DNA of 64,000 nt, taken from NCBI GenBank assembly GCA_051362555.1, contig CM120641.1, positions 20,522,001 to 20,586,000 of the forward strand, given 5' to 3'. The notes beneath the pieces were generated by a model. The model searched no databases, was not told the DNA's origin, and worked only from the letters and a program-made list of their open reading frames with translations. Positions 58,683 to 64,000 of the stretch are shown here, piece after piece. Each line of letters opens with the position of its first letter. Positions within the stretch are counted from its first letter, which is position 1. This DNA is from Lingula anatina. Lineage: Eukaryota > Animalia > Brachiopoda. The translations under genes were made by a program, and so were the position numbers.

Positions 58683-60189
58683 TCATACAGTGTCTTCTCG
58701 CTCAACCCTCTCATCTGGTCGTGGCGGAGATTTGGTGGGCACTTGTCTTCGCTCCAAAGCGGCGCAGGTGGCAGCACCAATGCAGCAGAGACCCCCTATG
58801 AAGGACAGTGTCCAAGAGTAGCCCACATAGAGGTTTTCTAAACTTGCTACCCAAATGATGTTGCCGATTAACATCCAAAGTCCTGAAAATAAGACAAGTG
58901 GTGATTTTACCTCCAGATTTTGTCTAAACCGACAGTAGATAGGGAAATTATAAATATGTCACATCAAAATGAATACTTATTGTGACGTATTTTCATGGTG
59001 TCTGACAGGGAAGATCATTCACGATCTCCTTCCTATTTCTATTTCACTTTTCTTTGATTCTTCCTGTAACCAATATATTGCAAAGGAAAAAAGTATTATC
59101 TCTGCATTTTAAAAAATGTAGGCCTATATCATATATAAACCCTCATAATTCCAGTGATTAAGTAAATTATTTTTCTAAAGGTTTTCAAGGTATATTGCAT
59201 AAAATTTTGATGGATAGTTTAGTGCCTTTCTAAGGAATACTCACCAGCGATGATCGATAAAACGAGGATAGTAATTGTCATGCACTTAGTTTTCTTACTA
59301 TCCGAGCAGGTATATACACACTGCACTAGGAATCCTGCCAGCACAGTCAGCAAAGCAAGACTTTCACAGACAGCGGTCACAATAACGAATCCTGAAACAA
59401 AATATATATAAAAAAATATTTCACTGTTTCTGATTTTTGACTCATCCAAAATAAAAAAGATAAGACACGAGTATTTAGATACTAAAATTCCAATCAGATG
59501 GTCTAATTGCTTCACTGCACTACAATGAGGTAATTTAATTTGTACGTAAAAGCGACAGAAATATGCACTAGGTATTTTAAAAAAGATGGTGGTCCTAGGA
59601 TTACCTCATTTGCGAGACTCTCTTAACTAAATTAATTTACAATCTCATTTACATAGTTTCAATAGGTATACAATGCCATTAGAATTTATACTATTTGTTT
59701 ATAAGTCACAGGTGACTATAACTCGAGGTGTAATAAATACAGTGTTTTTGTATAGTACATATTTCAAATAATGGTATTTCTAGCACAATATCTTTAACCG
59801 AGGTAACATACAGATGTTGTCTCCCTTATAAAACTACCGATATTTTATCTTGGGTCCAATAACATGTTTAAGGGCACTTGCTTAGATGCTGACCCTCCAT
59901 CCTAACTACATTATCATGTACTTTATACAGGTACGAATATTAAACCCAGTGTGTCGTCAACAAGGACGCTACGTCTCCCCTTACCCGCGGGCACGGCTCT
60001 GTAGTTGCACCCTTTAAGTGAGCACCTCATCCAAAGACCCTCAGTCAACGACGCGTAGTAACTTCTCCTGTAGTTGATACCCGAAGTCCCCCACTCCGGC
60101 GTGGCAAAGCCAATAAGATGTAAACCCATCCCCAGGAACAACAGTCCCAAACCCGCCTTGGCAAGCCTACTGGACGCTAAAAGACCCAT
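58683..60189 (-). CDS. PMP22/EMP/claudin-superfamily four-TM protein, ~183 aa
   Basis: 3 exons 60189-59985, 59391-59245, 58882-58683 (552 nt, phase-1 introns); ATPEW...EGLWMRC....C signature; four hydrophobic segments; GYSW before TM4. Confidence 0.9.
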
Positions 60190-61039
60190 CCTGGTAGTAT
60201 TCGGTACACCCTACCGGACCTCGCTCGTTCAAGAACTCGATCACTTCAATTCAACGAACTTAATACACTTCTTCGTGTCACATTTGAATATAACAGTCGT
60301 TCTTCCTCTGCACTAGACCTGTATGGCACGTTAAAGATGGCTGCGACCAGCAGAGTATAATAACGACTCTTTTCTACCTGTGGGTCACGTGACATCCACT
60401 TGCTATTAACTTTGCAATTTTAAACTGTGTTCCTTGTGAGCGGAAAAATAATAAGTTGGTTGAAGTTTTAAGCAAAATGCAAAGGATATAGTAAATAATT
60501 TACATTGAGTTGAGATTGTGAAAACAGAAAATTGATTTAGAATGCATAATTGGGCTTTAGAGGCACTTTTTAAATAAAATAATTAAAAATGATATACAAG
60601 AGAAATATAAAATGTTACAAGCAACACACTTTTCTTTTCCTCTTCATTTTGCCATTTAACCCGGGTTTTAGCAGACATATATAGCTGAGATATTCAGTTT
60701 GAGTCATGCCAATGGAAGTCAGCCCAGGTGACACATTCCATAGTGTACAGGTAAGCGATCACGTGACTTAATGTGTAAATCATTGTGACCCAGTTGATGC
60801 AGAGCGGTTGTCGCCATTTTGAAATTTCACAGGTGTAGCCGTTTTAACTTGTGTGGGGAGAATTTCAATTTTTTTCTTCAATTTTACCATCATTTTAGTG
60901 ATGGTAGGACGACGGTAACAGTTGAAAGAATCTAGTAATTAGAAGAAAGGTGAGAGAGTAAGGGGAAAGTGTTATGAGACGCTAGAAACTTGCATTTTTC
61001 CAACTTTAAGTCGAAGAAGGAGCCAAAGTAAGGACAATA
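60190..61039. promoter_or_regulatory. bidirectional promoter region between the two claudin-like genes
   Basis: 850 bp between divergent ATGs; GTCACGTGAC at 60384-60393, ATCACGTGAC at 60758-60767; YY1-like motifs at ~60334 (aagatggc) and 60812 (cgccatttt). Confidence 0.55.
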
Positions 61040-62812
61040 ATGGGGATTGGCGTAAGAAACTACTCAAACTGGATCAAGTTTGCGCTGTTTTTGATCGTAC
61101 TCTGCTTCGTGCTTCACCTTGTGTCATTCGGAACCCCAAACTGGTCGGAGAAAGGTTGGTGGGACGCCGACACTCTTGACAGGTATTTCACGTACGGACT
61201 GTGGCAGACGTGCTATGATGGCAGCTACAGTGACTGTTATTATCTGCGAGAACCTTCAGGTAAATATAGATAAGATTCAGTCAGTTTATATGTGGTGAAT
61301 CATACAATATGTGGGCAAAGCAAAACTATTGCATATCTTACAAACATGCAATGAAAACACCAGTTTTAATTTTCTCACTGCAAGATAAATATATATGAAA
61401 ATTATCGAAAACATTTCAGCTTCCAATGATATTTATAAAATAAAATAAATATAAAAGACAAAATAAAGTATAATTTGCTTAGAAGTCTCGTGAAATTAAT
61501 ATTTGGGAGCGAAAACGATGTTTATAAGGCATCAAAATTTAAATGGTTATACATTAAGTCGGCTTTTGATTTGGTTAAGTTCACTTCCTCATTCAGTTCA
61601 AATTTACATTATAAGTTCATGTCTAGTTAAGAGATTTGAAAACTTATGTGGAATTTTCTTATACTTACATTTTGTGATTCATTCTTTCCATTTAAGCGTC
61701 CAATATCACAAGGGCTGTTGACTAGATTTATGCGACAATTTATATTATCTTTATTTATATGACCTTTACACTATGTACCAAATATCTTGAAAAATATTTT
61801 TGTTCTCCAAGAATGTCTATATCGTAAATGCACATATATCTAAAAATTACAATGGGACCTTTGAATCTCTATTAAAAGTGTCCTAATTTTCTCATTACAG
61901 ATTGGCACTACAATGCTCGCGCTCTGGAGGTGGTCGGACTGATAGGTGTAATCATCTGTATTGTTATTTGTGCCACCTATATAGCCACGCCACGATTTGG
62001 CAGGAATGCCCACTTGGTTCTCATCACCCTTATTGTTTTCTGTCTGCTCACCTGTAAGTATACTGTCGGGGTCAGGGTTTTGGCCTCGAAGGAGGGGGTG
62101 GGGTGGGGGGCAAGGTTGAAGAAACCTACAGAGACTTAGATAAATAGTGGGCAGGTTTACTGTAGTTTAAAGGGCTTAGAGTTCCTCTTGGTAATTCGTC
62201 GTTTATCTTGTAGTTTTGTATTCGCCCCTAAAATGCGCCACTGAAGTGTATGGTTTGACTTGATATATACTGGATAATTGAAAGATAAATGCAGGCCACA
62301 TAAAACTTATTTTTATTTATTAATTTTGGTGGTTGTTAAATCGCGCAAAGTGAAAATTACAATTATGTAACTGTGATATTGGCAAAGAAAATGTCTAAAT
62401 TAAATGTTTACTAGTGCTTTTTTCTCACTCTCATACTTTGAAATATCGCAGACTGTGTAAAATTGTGAAGGCATCACTCAAAACCCTTATACTTATTACG
62501 TTTTTTCTTTAGTTTCATGTTTTCTTTATTGCTATGAAAATCTTTTTTATCTCTTTTACATGGCTTTTTGGTACATTATCATCACTTTATCATATTTTGT
62601 ATATTAATTTTCCAGCCATTTTCATCCTGTCCGGAGTCATCCTATGGTGGGCCAACACTCCCAACGTGAAAGCAGGCTATTCCGCCATCTTTGCATTTTT
62701 GGCAGGAATCTCCATGATGTTCTGTGGTTTTGCCGTCTTTATGGAAACGCGTTTCTTAGAAGAGGAGGCAGAGTCGGCCCACATCCAACAGCAGATGATT
62801 CAACGCTACTAA
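61040..62812 (+). CDS. PMP22/EMP/claudin-superfamily four-TM protein, ~189 aa
   Basis: 3 exons 61040-61259, 61901-62053, 62616-62812 (570 nt, phase-1 introns); GTPNW...YGLWQTC......C signature; DWHYNARALEV; GYS before TM4. Confidence 0.9.
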
Positions 62813-64000
62813 AATCGTTTTTAAGACCTACTAAGGTTTCTATTTGAATGAAACTTTGGCTATGAAGTATATTAGTTCATTCCTTGTAGCACCCACATTT
62901 CTTCGTAATCTTGTTTGAGTCACCCGCTGGTGAATTAGTGAACTGGAATAATGCTGTTTTTTCTTTCGTGGAACTGGAAACCATGCTTCGATTTTCTGCG
63001 GTTGGAAAATGTGGTGTTTCTTGAATGAAAATCTTCAGATAATGGCCAAAAAATAAAACTGACTGCATTTGTAAAATAGACAGAAAAGCAAAAAGACATT
63101 CCCTTGTACAGCTATGTAAATACGTTTGCATTTTTTCTCTTTTGATACGGCAGATCCTAGTGTAGACAATAAAGTGTAGAAAATGATATCTGAATTAAAT
63201 GACATTTTAGCAGAATTTATATATGTGCGTCACCAACGAATGTAGCTTGGATGCCGTATAACGGACTAGCTCTGAGTAACTGAAATGGGTTAGTTGACTA
63301 ATTTGATGACAAGATTTTGTACAGAAAATAAGGAAATAAAAGTTATCAAATAAACAAGTGTTTAGCAATGATTATAATCAAATGTGAACAATAACGGATC
63401 TTCAAACCATGACTTCTTTCAGCAATTCTATCTTTTTCTCAAAATTTTCATGGTCAGCGGGTTCTCCCAAATATATAACCACCGTTAAGTTACTAGCGTA
63501 ACTACCTTGCATTGTGTTAAAGTCGGTATCTCATCACAACTGCTGCAGTTATGATCACACTCGGCAAGTACCTCTGCATTGTGTTAATGGTTGTTATTGT
63601 AATAAATAATTAATTGGTAGATAATTTGTAACTGTCGAGGGCGCGATGCATGAAAAAAATAACATACATGTACATTTATTCGCAGAATCCCTTATTTTCG
63701 ATAGATATGAATAAGAATATATTAAAAGGTATACACATTCCACTTCAAGCGGGAATGTTATCTATTTTTTTAAAAATTCAGTTGGATAGAGTTACTTCAA
63801 TTCTATTCTTTTCCCGGGTGTTTTTTCAAACATTTTTTATTCAGCAAGCTAGTGGGGAAAATTTAAGACGGTACAAGAGACTGACTACACATACATTGAC
63901 AAACAATGAGCCTAGATAGTATCTTTGTTTATTTGTTTCTTTATTTAACGTAGCTTTAAAGTGGTACCCTTAAGCAATATGAATATACTAAGTATGTTGA

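Overview
Eukaryotic (metazoan) genomic DNA, AT-rich, with spliceosomal GT-AG introns and many microsatellites. The gene style suggests a lophotrochozoan or other marine invertebrate, but that is inference. There are no prokaryotic features (operons, CRISPR, rRNA/tRNA). Seven intact multi-exon genes could be assembled by hand: (1, 2) two tandem minus-strand M28B glutamate carboxypeptidase II/NAALADase-like paralogues of 15 exons each (18867-28132 and 30481-39906); (3) V-ATPase subunit D (42107-45575, +); (4) a two-exon F-box/LRR gene (47287-50196, +); (5) a secreted CUB-CUB-Cys6-S1 serine protease (52334-56488, +); (6, 7) a head-to-head pair of PMP22/claudin-superfamily tetraspan genes (58683-60189, - and 61040-62812, +). 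The first ~17 kb has no convincing long coding sequence, only candidate first exons of a minus-strand gene running off the left edge, minisatellites and a hairpin. Transposon relics include CR1/L2-type LINE fragments, a Tc1 transposase fragment, several MITEs and a Helentron-type non-autonomous element. The most interesting points are these. The GCPII-like pair keeps all Zn/catalytic residues but has lost the glutamate/aspartate-recognition residues. The two copies are near-identical in the catalytic exons yet differ in a specificity loop and in the cytoplasmic tail. The protease carries a beta-defensin/carboxypeptidase-inhibitor-like six-cysteine module and a non-trypsin S1 pocket. I do not see evidence for a wholly new biological system. 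Exon coordinates were counted by hand.
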